Source of the DNA: Octopus sinensis
Lineage: Eukaryota
Assembly: GCF_006345805.1 (NCBI RefSeq)
Contig: NW_021835233.1
Span: 186,001 to 250,000 of the forward strand
Direction of reading: 5' to 3'
Length of the DNA: 64,000 nucleotides
The notes beneath the pieces were generated by a model. That model saw only the letters and a program-made list of their open reading frames with translations, had not been told where the DNA came from and searched no databases. Position 1 is the first letter of the stretch, and the number at the start of each line of letters is the position of its first letter. The position numbers and the translations under genes are program-made. This document shows positions 37,276-49,400 of the stretch, in pieces.

Positions 37276-37500
37276 GTCGAATACCATGTTTTATGCTCTT
37301 TTGGTTTTTTTGTTTTTTTTCAATCATTATTTTCAGGATATTTGTAAATATTTTTTTCTACTCTCGGCATAAGGCCCAAATGGGATGCTTAATTATTCAC
37401 ATTGTTTTGAATTACTCATGCATTATCTTGTAGCTTTGAGATTTTGATGTTGTAATTACTTATTCTCAGAACGACATCGTAGGGTAGGTGTGAGAAGCTG

Positions 37501-37706
37501 GAGCCACGAGGCGGGTGCGCTATTGGGCGGCGTCGCCGTTCACGTTTTAGCGGTAGTAGCACGTCCACCTCCCGGTCGTTTCGGCCCGCACGGTTCCTCC
37601 GAGGGTGCTCTTCGCCGAGTGTCTGAGGCGGCCGGTACGTTCACTGTGAATAAATTAGAGTGCTCAGAGCGAGCCCCGCCGGCTTGCATACGAAAAGCAT
37701 GGAATA
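37501..37706 (+). pseudogene. 18S rRNA fragment (V4 region), GC-rich insert in intron
   Basis: Contains GGTGCTCTTCGCCGAGTGTC, GGCCGGTACGTTCACTGTGAATAAATTAGAGTGCTC and GCATGGAATA, recognisable as the conserved 18S segment at the 3' end of V4. Sharp GC contrast with its flanks. Confidence 0.8.
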
Positions 37707-38054
37707 TTTTGGCTAGATTTGGCCAGTTTGAATAGTGAAAGGTCAAAGTAAGATAACTTTTAGTAATCTGCAGAGATCAGAAAACAAGGTTAAACAATAA
37801 TTTCTTGACCACCATTTACTAACACCAAATTGTGACCACCCCAACTAAACCCATTTTTTATGCTTTCTCTGTCATAAATCTATTTTGATGGATGCTCACT
37901 GTCTTCATTTCATAGCAACAATAATTGTAATTGCTAATGTTGCAGCATAGATTTAATTAGATATGAAAGCCAACAGCCAGTAACATTCTGACTAAATCAA
38001 TTGTGACCGACCAGGAAGTGGTTGAAGATGTCTTATCTTTCTTTCTATTTATAG

Positions 38055-38195
38055 CCTACCATAAAGCCGGCCTGGTGGATGCTGCTGTGAAAGTTTTGGA
38101 GCAACTGGCTTTTAACGCTGTCAAGAAGAATCGGTTCTGTGATGCTGGATTTTATTTCTGGAAATTGTCATTCCAGTGCTTGGATATTGCTCGAG
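38055..38195 (+). CDS. IFT122: IFT122 internal exon (window exon 7)
   Basis: tatag|CC TAC...CGA G|gtaatg. (A)[46 protein letters not shown]. 141 nt. Confidence 0.95.
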
Positions 38196-38289
38196 GTAAT
38201 GTCAGATATCCCACCGTGAACAAGATTAATTATTCCATCTCACTTTTCAGCACAACCCTTGGAAGAATGACTACAAATTATAACATAAA

Positions 38290-38345
38290 CAATATTTATA
38301 TATATACATATATATGTATATATGTATATAATATATATATACATA

Positions 38346-38383
<38 letters not shown>

Positions 38384-38458
38384 CATATATATGTATATAT
38401 GTATATATACGTATATCTATGTGTGTGCATATATATGTATATATATGTGTATATATTT

Positions 38459-38506
<48 letters not shown>

Positions 38507-38655
38507 TATATATATACATGTATATATATACATACATATGCATATTTATGAGTGCATATGTGTTTGTGTGCGTAATATATATATGTAGAATATTCATGTA
38601 CACATACACATATATATACCTATATATATGTATGTGTATATAATTCACATATGTT

Positions 38656-38725
<70 letters not shown>

Positions 38726-38959
38726 CATATAATTAAGGGCTAAAGAGGGTTATTCTAAAGCCAAATACACTGTTTTATCCACTTATAATCCGCGGATTAT
38801 AAGTGGATAAAACAGTGTATTTGGCTTTAGAATAACCCTCTTTAGCCCTTAATTATATGATGTATATTGCAACCGTAACGGTTTTTTTAAATATACTGCC
38901 CACGCTTCCTGATGAATTCCTTTGCTGTAGAGTAAGGGACTTCATCCTATATTGCTTAG

Positions 38960-39047
<88 letters not shown>

Positions 39048-39085
39048 ATTTATATATATATATATATATGTATATATTATATATA

Positions 39086-39171
<86 letters not shown>

Positions 39172-39190
39172 TTATATGCATATATATGTG
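38290..39190. repeat. (TA)n-rich microsatellite field surrounding the perfect palindrome
   Basis: Direct reading. Similar fields at 9700-10030, 47430-48050, 56140-56345 and 59870-60100. Confidence 0.95.
38724..38861. repeat. Perfect 138-bp spacerless palindrome
   Basis: 69-bp arms with no mismatch, centred on CCG|CGG. Confidence 0.95.
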
Positions 39191-39391
39191 TGTGTGTATG
39201 TCTATATACCTATAGCTATACATGACCTATACATATGTTTGTGTGTATAATATGATTATTATAAATGACTTCAAGTAGTATATAGAGTTGAAGCCACTTA
39301 TTATAATTATCTAACAGTCTTGGCTAAGGTTATCGACCAGTAATTTAATGGATCCAAAACTCCTGATGATTTTTACACATTACATATGTAC

Positions 39392-39458
<67 letters not shown>

Positions 39459-40124
39459 ATAATGGCCTCTCCAATCAGTTACCACATACGAATGTCTTGT
39501 CGCTTGTTCGAGCAAACGAGTTGCTTTCTGAATTAATGTGTGATGTCATTGATAGTTCAACAGATACATGTACCTTTAACATAGTTCGCATGTAGAATCA
39601 ATGGGATACAATCATGGCCAGCTTGGACCCCTGTATTACATGTGCCGTCCATCCCATGGGTTTCTATGCAGTTTCGAGTGAGGTCATTGCCAGTACCGCC
39701 TGACTGGCCCCGTGCCGGTGGCACATAAAAAGCACCCACTACACTCTCGGAGTGGTTGGCGTTAGGAAGGGCATCCAGCTGTAGAAACTCTGCCAGATCA
39801 AGATTGGAGCCTGGTGCAGCCATCTGGTTTGCCAGCTCTCATTCAAAATCGTCCAACCCATGCTAGCATGGAAAGCAGACGTTAAACAATGATGATGATG
39901 ATGTCTGTTATGTTTGACTGCCATGAGGTTATGGTAAAGACAGTGGGCCAAGGTACCATGGAGTGGTGCTACGCGAAGGACATCATGAATGTGAAGTGTA
40001 TATATGTGTAGCTTTGTCTGCCCTCAAACACATACACATGTATGCACACACTCATACACACACCTATATATGAAGTCTGATCAAAAAGTATTGATGCTGT
40101 TGTTATAGTAACAGAGGTGAGATG

Positions 40125-40530
40125 GCAGTATCGTAAGCACACCAGGCGTAATGCTTAGCGGTATTTCGTCTGCCGCTACGTTCTGAGTTTGAATTCCACC
40201 GAGGTTGACTTTGCCTTTCATCCTTTTGGGGTCGATTAAATAAGTACCAGTTATGCACTGGGGTCGATATAATCGACTTAATCTGTTTGTCTGTCCTTGT
40301 TTGTCCCCTCTGTGTTTAGCCCCTTGTGGGTAATAAAGAAATAGGTATTTTGTCTGCCGCTACGTTCTGAGTTCAAATTCTGCCAAGGTCGACTTTGCCT
40401 TTCATCCTTTCGGGGTCGATAAATTTAATACCAATTACGCACTGGGGTTGATATAATCGACTTAATCCCTTTGTCTGTCCTTGTTTGTCCTCTCTGTGTT
40501 TAGTCCCTTGTGGGTAGTAAAGAAATAGGT
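40125..40530 (+). mobile_element. SINE family B
   Basis: Two tandem ~190-bp units. Confidence 0.8.
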
Positions 40531-40907
40531 ATAGTAACAACAGAGAGCTAGTACAGCAGAGTACACAGACTGAAGCCACTTGGCACAGACTGACCGTAAA
40601 CTCTGTCGTGCAAGTACTCTAAATTATAAAATTCTCATGCCCTTCTGTTGTTTACAACAGTGCTTGGAAGTACAGCGTGTAGAATGTGGTCATCTCACCA
40701 CACCATAGCGTATCCATCAGTGACCATGGCAGAGAAAATGTGTGTGTGTGTGTATGGAAAGAGATATATATGGCTTAAAGATTATTACAGCCAAGAATCT
40801 TTCCAAAAATCAAATTCTATTGGAAAAGAACAAGATTCCAAGATATCAAGGAAATCCAAGGATATGTGATGAAAAAACCCCAATAATTGAACTAAATATC
40901 TTGCCCA

Positions 40908-41710
40908 CGGGCATGTGGCATAGTGGTTAAGAGCATGGCCAAGATTCCGGGTTCAATGTCAGGCAGTGACCTGAATAATAATAATAATAATAAGTGCCCT
41001 GATGCAGTACCAGACAGTGGCTCTCAATGCTTCTGATCTTAACTGATTGGAAGTGTTATCAGGTACATTGTTTTGTCTTGGTAAAAAAGATGGGCTAGAG
41101 CAAATATTCTGTTCAATACCACAGATTTGCTTGTCAGTTGTTTGACCTTAACCAGTTGAGCATGTCCCTTAGTGGCTGACGATATGTGCATCTCTGTTCA
41201 TGAGCAGAAGTAGTGGGGGAGCATCATAGCCATGTGTTGAGAGGGATTATTTGGGGTTTGAATAATTCAATTCTGGAAACATGGGTGTTTCATTCAACAT
41301 CCTTAAACAACCCTTATTCAGGGACCTTTTGAGCGAGATGGGCTACTCGACCAGAAGAAAATTCTAACTGGGCCCTGCTTGCAAGGTCATGCGCTGTTTA
41401 TCTTGATATGAGATCACCATGCCATGTACATATGGTTGTGAAGCATGTGCCTGGTGTACCGTTATCAGTTGGGTAGTCATGATGCGTATACTGGGCTTCG
41501 TATATTTTACCCCAGTGTCACATTGATGGCATGCACTGCTCTCTCATTCAATAATAATATTAGTAACATCAAAAAATACCTTAGGAATGAGAACCCAGGT
41601 TCGTAATTTCTCCAAGAAACCTAATGCGGGCTGGAGAGTATATCAGCCGAAACGGTGTGTTAACAACAAAAGATGAGGACAAATATCCGCCAAATGTAAA
41701 TAATGTAAAT
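40908..41710 (+). mobile_element. tRNA-head SINE with (AAT)n linker and hammerhead-bearing tail (interrupted)
   Basis: A box TGGCATAGTGG (~40916) and B-box-like GGTTCAATGTC (~40940), then GGCAGTGACCTGAAT(AAT)n; the tail module resumes at about 41570. Confidence 0.6.
40993..41553 (+). mobile_element. Non-coding (AAT)n-tailed element inserted in an (AAT)n tract
   Basis: Flanked by AAT repeats on both sides. Its 3' ~150 bp recur at 60463-60615, also between AAT tracts. Putative non-autonomous Dong/R4 partner. Confidence 0.55.
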
Positions 41711-42148
41711 ATCTTGATTATTATGATATTTATTATGTGAATTTTGAAGATGTTAACTGTCAAATCTTAAAAGGAAATGTCTGGTTCAACAACTTTGATT
41801 GACAGGTGTTGAGGGAAAAATACTAGATTTAAATATAATGGAAATGTACAAGAACTATTTATATAATTATGTTTACTTGTATAGTTTCTATAAAAGTTTA
41901 AAATTTTGCAGTTTTTTTTTTTCATAATTTGTCTGTCATTTTATCGTTTACTTTTTTTACTTCCGTCACTAGACTGCTACCATGCTGGGGCACCTCTTTG
42001 GAGAATTTTAGTTGAATGGATTCACCCCAGTATTTTTTTAAAAAGCTTGGTACTTATTTGGTTGGTCTCTTTTATCAAACCACTAAGTTACAAGGATGTT
42101 TAGCAAGTATAGATTCAGTTCTATATTTAAGAGACGAGGAATTATGTA

Positions 42149-42584
42149 CATTATTTACATTTGACAGATATTTGTCCTCATCTTGTTTGTTGTTAACACA
42201 TTTTGGCTGATATACCCTCAAGCCTTCATCAGGTGTCTTGGGGGAATTTTGTACCTGGGTTCTCATTTCTAAGGTATTTTTCAGGGTGTTGTTGTCATTG
42301 TAATCATTATTCAGGTCACTGCCTGGAATTGAATTTGGAAACTTGGAGTTTGTAGCCTGTGCTCTTAACTCCAAGATTCCAAGTTCAATTCCAGGCAGTG
42401 ACCTGAATATTAATAATAATAATAACAACAACAACAACAACAACATTGAAAAATACCTTTGGAATGAGAATCCCGGTCTGAAATTTCCCCAAAACACCTG
42501 ATGAAGGCTGGAGGGTGTATCAGCCGAACTGTTGTGTTAACAACAAACAAGATGAGGACAAATATCCATCAAATGTAAATAATG
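42149..42584. mobile_element. Head-to-head pair of the hammerhead-bearing SINE
   Basis: Two 5'-truncated copies in inverted orientation joined at the tRNA head (42305-42410). Confidence 0.7.
42494..42537 (+). ncRNA. Degenerate hammerhead motif in SINE tail module
   Basis: ACAC CUGAUGA A GGCUG...CAGCC GAA CUGU U GUGU. A15.1 is mutated. Related copies at 41616-41660 (+) and 42197-42236 (-) carry different lesions. Confidence 0.55.
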
Positions 42585-43194
42585 GAGTATAGACGTGTTT
42601 TGATTGTTTAGCTTGGTGATGTACTGATTAGGTGATGGCTGCATGCAAATGACGAATTAACACTCACTAAATATAGCAATTTGTATTTTGTTGGAGATGT
42701 GTTGTAAGATGTTGTGGCATTCTGGTATGTACTGTATAAACACAAAGGGAGCGAGCGAATATATTACCTGAAAGTACCTGCTGTGAGAGAGGCATACCAA
42801 CACCACGTGTAGGGCACCGAAGCAACAAGCAAGAGCTAGTAGTCCTAATTGTGGGCAGTGAGCACCCAAAGGAAAAAGAAGTTGACGAATACCAGTTGGG
42901 CTCCTTTTAAGCAATTCACAACTTCTGTTAAGGGGTTGTTCACTTTGTCCCTTCCAGTCAGTTTATGTTTAACCCCCCCCATGGTAATCCAGGCAGGCAC
43001 GACAGGCATGCTACATATGTAAACACAGAGGTTGTCAAATGGTGGTGAGGGACAAACACACCTGCACACACACACACACCTGCGCACACACATACACACA
43101 CACATACACACACACTGAAATGCACATGATGGAGTTCTTTCAGTTTCTGTCTCCCAAACCCATTTGAGAGGCTTTGGTTGGCTTGCGGCTATAC

Positions 43195-43690
43195 TCTTTT
43201 ACTTGTTTCAGTCATTTGACTGTGGCCATGCTGGAGCACCACCTTTAGTTGAGCAAACTGACCCCAGGACTTATTCTTTGTAAGCCTAGTACTTATTCTA
43301 TCGGTCTCTTTTGCTGAACCACTAAGTTATGAGGATGTAAACACACCAGCATAGGTTGTCAAGCGATACTGGGGGGATAAACATATACACACACATACAC
43401 ACACCTATATATATACATACGACAGGCTTCTTTCAGTTTTCATCTACCAAATCCGCTCACAAGGCTTTAGGTGGCGTTGGCCTGATGCTATAGTAGAACA
43501 CACTAGCCGAAGGTGGCACACAGTGGGACTGAACCCAGAACCATGTGGTTCGTAAGCAAGCTACTTACCTCACAGCCACTCCTACGCCCATAGTAAAAAA
43601 CACTTGTCCAAGGTTCCACACAGTGGGTCTGAACCTGGAACCATATGGTTCAGAAAAAAGCCTCTTACCGCACAGCTACCCCTGTGCCTA
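43195..43690 (-). mobile_element. SINE family A with duplicated head
   Basis: Tail 43195-43380; two head segments at 43420-43590 and 43590-43690. Confidence 0.7.
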
Positions 43691-44904
43691 GAGAAGTATC
43701 TATATAATTATGCTGTCTCTCGTATAGTTTCTATAAAAGTTTAAAATTTTGCAATTTTAAAATTTTTTTTGCAATAATTTGTCTAGTTTCATTCTGTGAA
43801 AGATTTTTTCTTGTGACAGGTTAAATTGATGTCTTCTTTAGCTGGGTTTTTTTTTTTTTTGATCTGCCATATTCAGTGAAATAATTCTAAGTTTATATAA
43901 TTTTCTTGTTCATACTGAAATAGTTTGCTAGTTTAGATGTGGTGTGATTTTAAAGATTAAAATTTTTTTTTTTGCTTTTTCTATTAATTTAACATATAAG
44001 CAATAGCTGAAATAATGAATGCTTGCTTCTAATTATGCGACTAAAAGTCTTATATGGTTTTTCAATTTGATATAAACCATGATTTTTGTGCTTTTAGTTA
44101 AGTGATCAAAATAATAATACATTCAAATTTACCCATTATATGATGAGTAACACTCTAGTTTCATAATAATATAGATATCAATTTGAAATTTTTTCTTTTT
44201 TCCTTAATATTCCAGAATTTTTGTATAAGCGGTATTTTATCTTTTTTGTATTTTTTCCTTTCTCAGAATTATAGTTTTTATTTTATTTTTTTTTTGTATA
44301 ACATCGTTGTTTTGTTGTTGATTTTTAAAAAAAAAATAATTTCAACCTGTTTAAGCATGGCATTTATTTTTGGTATTTAGTTTTTTTTTCTCTCATATCA
44401 AATGTGATAAATACATTGAAATGATTTAGATATGCTATAAAGTATTCCAAATTAAATTAGGCAGTATATAGATTATGTTTATAATGCAGATCAGCATGAA
44501 TATGGTGAGGGTGTACAACATAGTTTAATGATTAGCCTATTAAGAAATTATGAAAGTTTTGTGTAAAGCTATAGACCCGCCACTCATCAGATGGGCATAT
44601 TTTTTATTGAAGTTGAACACTGCCACAAAAAATGGCTTTGTGTACAGGATTTCCCCAGCACTCATTTTGCTTCTCCTTTGGTTATTGGTTCTGCTCAATG
44701 TTGATTTAGAGCATGACCATCTCATGAATGTGTGGGAATTGTAACTTCACATGAAACTCTTAAATAGGGTATCATTTATTAATATGATCAACTATAAACT
44801 CTATTACCCACACATACGAACACGCACAAACACACACATATCTGTATAAATATATATGTACTTGTATAAATGTGTGTATATGTGTATATATATACATACA
44901 CACA

Positions 44905-45332
44905 ACGTAGCTGTATGGTAAGAATCTTGCTTTCCAACCACACAGATTTGGGATTCAGTCCCACTGTGTGGTACCTTGGGCAAATGTATTCTATGATAGC
45001 CTTGGGCTGGCCAAAGCCTTGTGAGTGGATTTGGCAGATGGAAACTGAAACAAACCTCGTCCTATAAATATATATATATATATATACATACATATATATA
45101 TATGTATATATATGTATGCATGTATCTGTTTGTGTCTTTGTTCCCTCACCATCACTTGACAACCGATGTTGGCGTGTTTATGTCCCTGTAACTTAGCAGA
45201 TTGGCAAAAGAAACTGGCAGATTAAGTGCCAAGCTTACAAAGAATAACTCCAGGGGTAGATTTCTTCAACTAACAGGTGGTGTTCCAGCATGGCCACAGT
45301 CAAAATGGCCGAAACAATTCAAAGAATAAAAG
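44905..45332 (+). mobile_element. SINE family A
   Basis: Full, diverged copy. Confidence 0.75.
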
Positions 45333-45716
45333 AACATGTATATATATGTGTGTGTATGTGTGTGTGTGTATATATATATATATATCATCATCATCATCAT
45401 CGTCGTTTAACGTCCGTTCTCCATGCTAGCATGGGTTGGACGGTTCGACCGGGGATCTGGGAAGCCAGAAGGCTGCACCAGGCTCCAGTCTTATCTGGCA
45501 GTGTTTCTACAGCTGGATGCCCTTCCTAACGCCAACCACTCCGTGAGTGTAGTGGGTGCTTTTTACATGCCACCTGCACAGGTGCCAGGCGAGGCTGGCA
45601 ACGGCCACGGTCGGATTGGTGTATTTTATGTGCCACCGGCACGGAAGCCAGACGAGGCGGTGCTGGCATCGGCCACGAGTCGGATATATATATATATATA
45701 CATACATATGCATACA

Positions 45717-45792
<76 letters not shown>

Positions 45793-45814
45793 TGTATATA
45801 TATATATACATACA

Positions 45815-45848
<34 letters not shown>

Positions 45849-46792
45849 CATACATATACACACCCACACACTCAGGTTCTTGATGAATATACATATATTT
45901 GTGTGTTTGTATGCACATACATATATTCAAAATACAACTCCTTTTTCATTGAGAAATTCTGTGTATCTTTATATCAGACCTTGTTAGTTCAAATGGAACA
46001 AAACAAATTTTTAGAAATCCATCTATATTAACTTTTCCAGACTATCTCAGCCTTATTTTCAGGATGCAGTGTAGCTTTGACTTGCCTGCTACATTTTTAA
46101 AGTGGGTGGCTTTATGTTTATGCAGACTTTACACCCAAAATTAAATTCTTTGAGAGTTTAGAGCTCTTTGTCATTGGATTCACATTTTCAACATGTATAC
46201 ATTGTATGTTAATTGTAGTCTTGTGTTATGATATTAGAATTACTTTCTTAATCAAGTGTTTGTTTCTGTGGAGAGTTCTATAAAGTATGGATATATTTTC
46301 TGCTAATGTTTTACTATCTAGCTTAATGGTGTGTATAGTAGTATGCTGCTAATGCTCTTTGTTTTAAATGCATAGTGCACTTACAAGGGAAAGTTATATT
46401 GTCTGTCTGACCAAATGAGGCAGTTGGAGTCATGATATTTGCAACTTCATTTTTATAATAAAATTTATAAATTACGTTGGTTATTCCTAGTTTCTTCTCA
46501 AGATTTCTTGTTTGTGGTGAGTTGTTAATTAGGTAGTGGTGGTAAGGTGTCAGGGTGGGATCTAGAGGTAGAAAGATATGAAGAGAGGCTTCTTTCAGCT
46601 TTTGTCTACCAATACGATTTAGAAGGCTTTGGTTGGTGCTGGGCTTTTGCAGAAGACACCAGCCCAGGGACATGAAGGGACTGGATGTGAAATATGATGG
46701 AGAAGTGAACTTCTTAACCATGCAGCCAAGTCTGTGTCTATGTGCATGTGTGTGTGTTTGTGTGTATGTGTGTGTGTGTGTGTGTACAAATA

Positions 46793-46825
<33 letters not shown>

Positions 46826-46826
<1 letters not shown>

Positions 46827-47180
46827 CAGGAGTGGCTGTGTGGTAAGTAGCTTGCTTACCAACCACATAGCTCTGAGTTCATTCCCACTGTGTGGCACCT
46901 TGGGCAAGTATCTTGTACTATAGCCACAGGCCAACCAAAGTCTTGTGAGTGTATTTGGTAGATGGAAACTGAAAGAAGCTCGTTGTATATATGTATATAT
47001 ATGTGTGTCTGTATCCCCCCCCCCCCAACATCGCTTGATGACCAATGCTGGTGTGTTTACGTCCCCTAACTTAGCGGTTCTGCAATAGAGACTGATAGAA
47101 TGAATACTAGGCTTACAAAGAATAAGTCCTGAGATCAATTTGTTCGACTAAATGACTGAAACAAATAAAAGAGTAAAGAG
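46826..47180 (+). mobile_element. SINE family A
   Basis: Full copy with a short tail deletion. Confidence 0.8.
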
Positions 47181-47202
47181 TATATATACATGTATATATA
47201 TA

Positions 47203-47412
47203 TTTCTTTACTACCCACAAGGGGCTAGACACAGAGAGGTCAAACAAGGACAGACAAACGGATTAAGTCGAATACATCAACCCCAGTGCGTAACTGGTAC
47301 TTAATTTATCGACCCCCAAAGGATGAAAGGCAAAGTCGACCTCGGCGGAATTTGAACTCAGTACGTAGCGACGGGCGAAATACCTCTAAGCATTTTGTCC
47401 AGTGTGCTAACG
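47203..47412 (-). mobile_element. SINE family B
   Basis: One unit. Similar copies at 6800-7022 (-), 31195-31402 (-) and 61632-61866 (-). Confidence 0.8.
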
Positions 47413-48005
47413 TTTCTGCCAGCTCGCCGCCTTATTATATACATGTATATATATATATATATACACACACACATGTATATACATGTATATATATATACAC
47501 ACACACATGCAAATGCATACATACACTTGTGTGTGTGTGTGGGTGTGTATACAGAGAGAGAAAGAGAGATGGAGTAAGAGAATATAGACAAATAAATATG
47601 TACATTTGTATACACATGCATATACATATCTGCACACATATATACACACACAAATACACAAATATATATATAGGCCAACAGATAAAAAGATATTTTCCTA
47701 CATCTAGATATATACATCTACTTGTTTATTTTTACTTATGTATGTATGTATATTTACTTATGTATGTATCTGCATATATATATATGTTTGTGTTTATTTA
47801 TGTATGTATGTATGTATGTACATATATGAATATATGTATAAAAGTATATGTATATATGTGTGTGTATATATTTATATATATATATATATATACACATACA
47901 GATACGCAGACAGACACAGACATACATACATACATACATACATACAGATATTTATATGTGTATGCTTGTTTCATTTATTAAAATCTCACTCCATAAATAA
48001 AATAT

Positions 48006-48062
<57 letters not shown>

Positions 48063-48612
48063 TACATATCCATTTATGACAACTTAATGGAAATTTTAAG
48101 ATGTCTTTTGTTCAAAATATATTATTGAATACCTGTGAATATTTCTTGCGTGCATATTAAGAAAATTTTTAGAAGCATCTGAAAGTTTGGAATAAGGTAC
48201 ATTTCTATTAGCATAACATTATTAGTAAATGTAATCTGAACATTTCTTTCCTTTTTTTCTTTTTTTTTTTCGATTTGATAATATATCAGTTAGTGGTCAA
48301 TATTTAAAGAAACTTCAAAAATTCTCTCTTTTTTTTTTTTGAAATTATTTAAATTTTATTTTTATTCGTTTATCATTCCTTTCCCTGTTTTTGGTATTGT
48401 TAAGCTGAAAAAGAAAGAGGCAAAAAAAAAAGGGAAAAAACTGAAATTGTTAAATTTGTTTTGTTAGTTTCTATTTTATTTTTTATTGTATGTATTTTGG
48501 AGTTTCTGCAAAGATTACACCCACAGATGCATGTATTAGTTGTATCAACAGTATTAAGTTGTGTGTGTGTGTTCCAATCATCTATACATAAATTTTCTTT
48601 TTCTCTCTTTTG

Positions 48613-49400
48613 CACACAAACACACACACACACACAAACACATGCACTCATTCACACACACACACACATACATACTCGCATGCCCACATACAAGCACACA
48701 CTCATACACACACTCACACAGACACACACAACACATGCACACACAAATACTCATACATGCACCCACACACATACACACATTCACATTTGCATTCACACAT
48801 ACATACACATTCACACACACATGCATATGCAAACCCACACACTTTGCACATGCACACACACACACACACACTGTCACACATGCATACAAATACACACACA
48901 CTGTCACACACATGCATACAAATCCACACAGTCACACACATGCATACAAATATACATACACTATCACACACACACATACAAATACACAGTCACGCACACA
49001 CACACACACACTGTCACACATGCATACAAATACACACACACTGTCACACACATGCATACAAATCCACACAATCACACACATGCATACAAATATACATACA
49101 CTATCACACACACACATACAAATACACAGTCACGCACACACACACACACACTGACACACACATGCATACAAATATACACACACATTCACACACACACACG
49201 CATACAAATACACACACGCTGTCACACACATGCATACATATGCACATACACTGTCACACAAACACATACAAATACACACACACTTTCACACACACACACG
49301 CATACAAATACACACACACACACACAATAACACACCCACACATATACAAATACACACACATACACACACACATTCTCAGATTGCACATGTACACATGCAC
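48613..49400. repeat. CA-rich complex minisatellite with higher-order periodicity
   Basis: ~22-bp unit (GTCACACACATGCATACAAATA/C) grouped into a ~130-bp block repeated at about 48880-49010 and 49010-49150. Confidence 0.85.

Noticed and set aside
40993-41075. Possible HDV-like ribozyme at the 5' end of the (AAT)n-targeted element (GGC-UCUCAAU-GCU as P3/L3)
   Set aside because: No convincing P1, P2 or J4/2 could be assembled.
42690-42915. Unique-looking, moderately GC-rich stretch with an 85-aa minus ORF
   Set aside because: No recognisable motif or splice signals; probably an old repeat fragment.
44545-44600. Minus-strand CTGATGA-GTG...CAC-AAAA
   Set aside because: G12 is mutated and stems I/III are absent; counted only as a possible relic.
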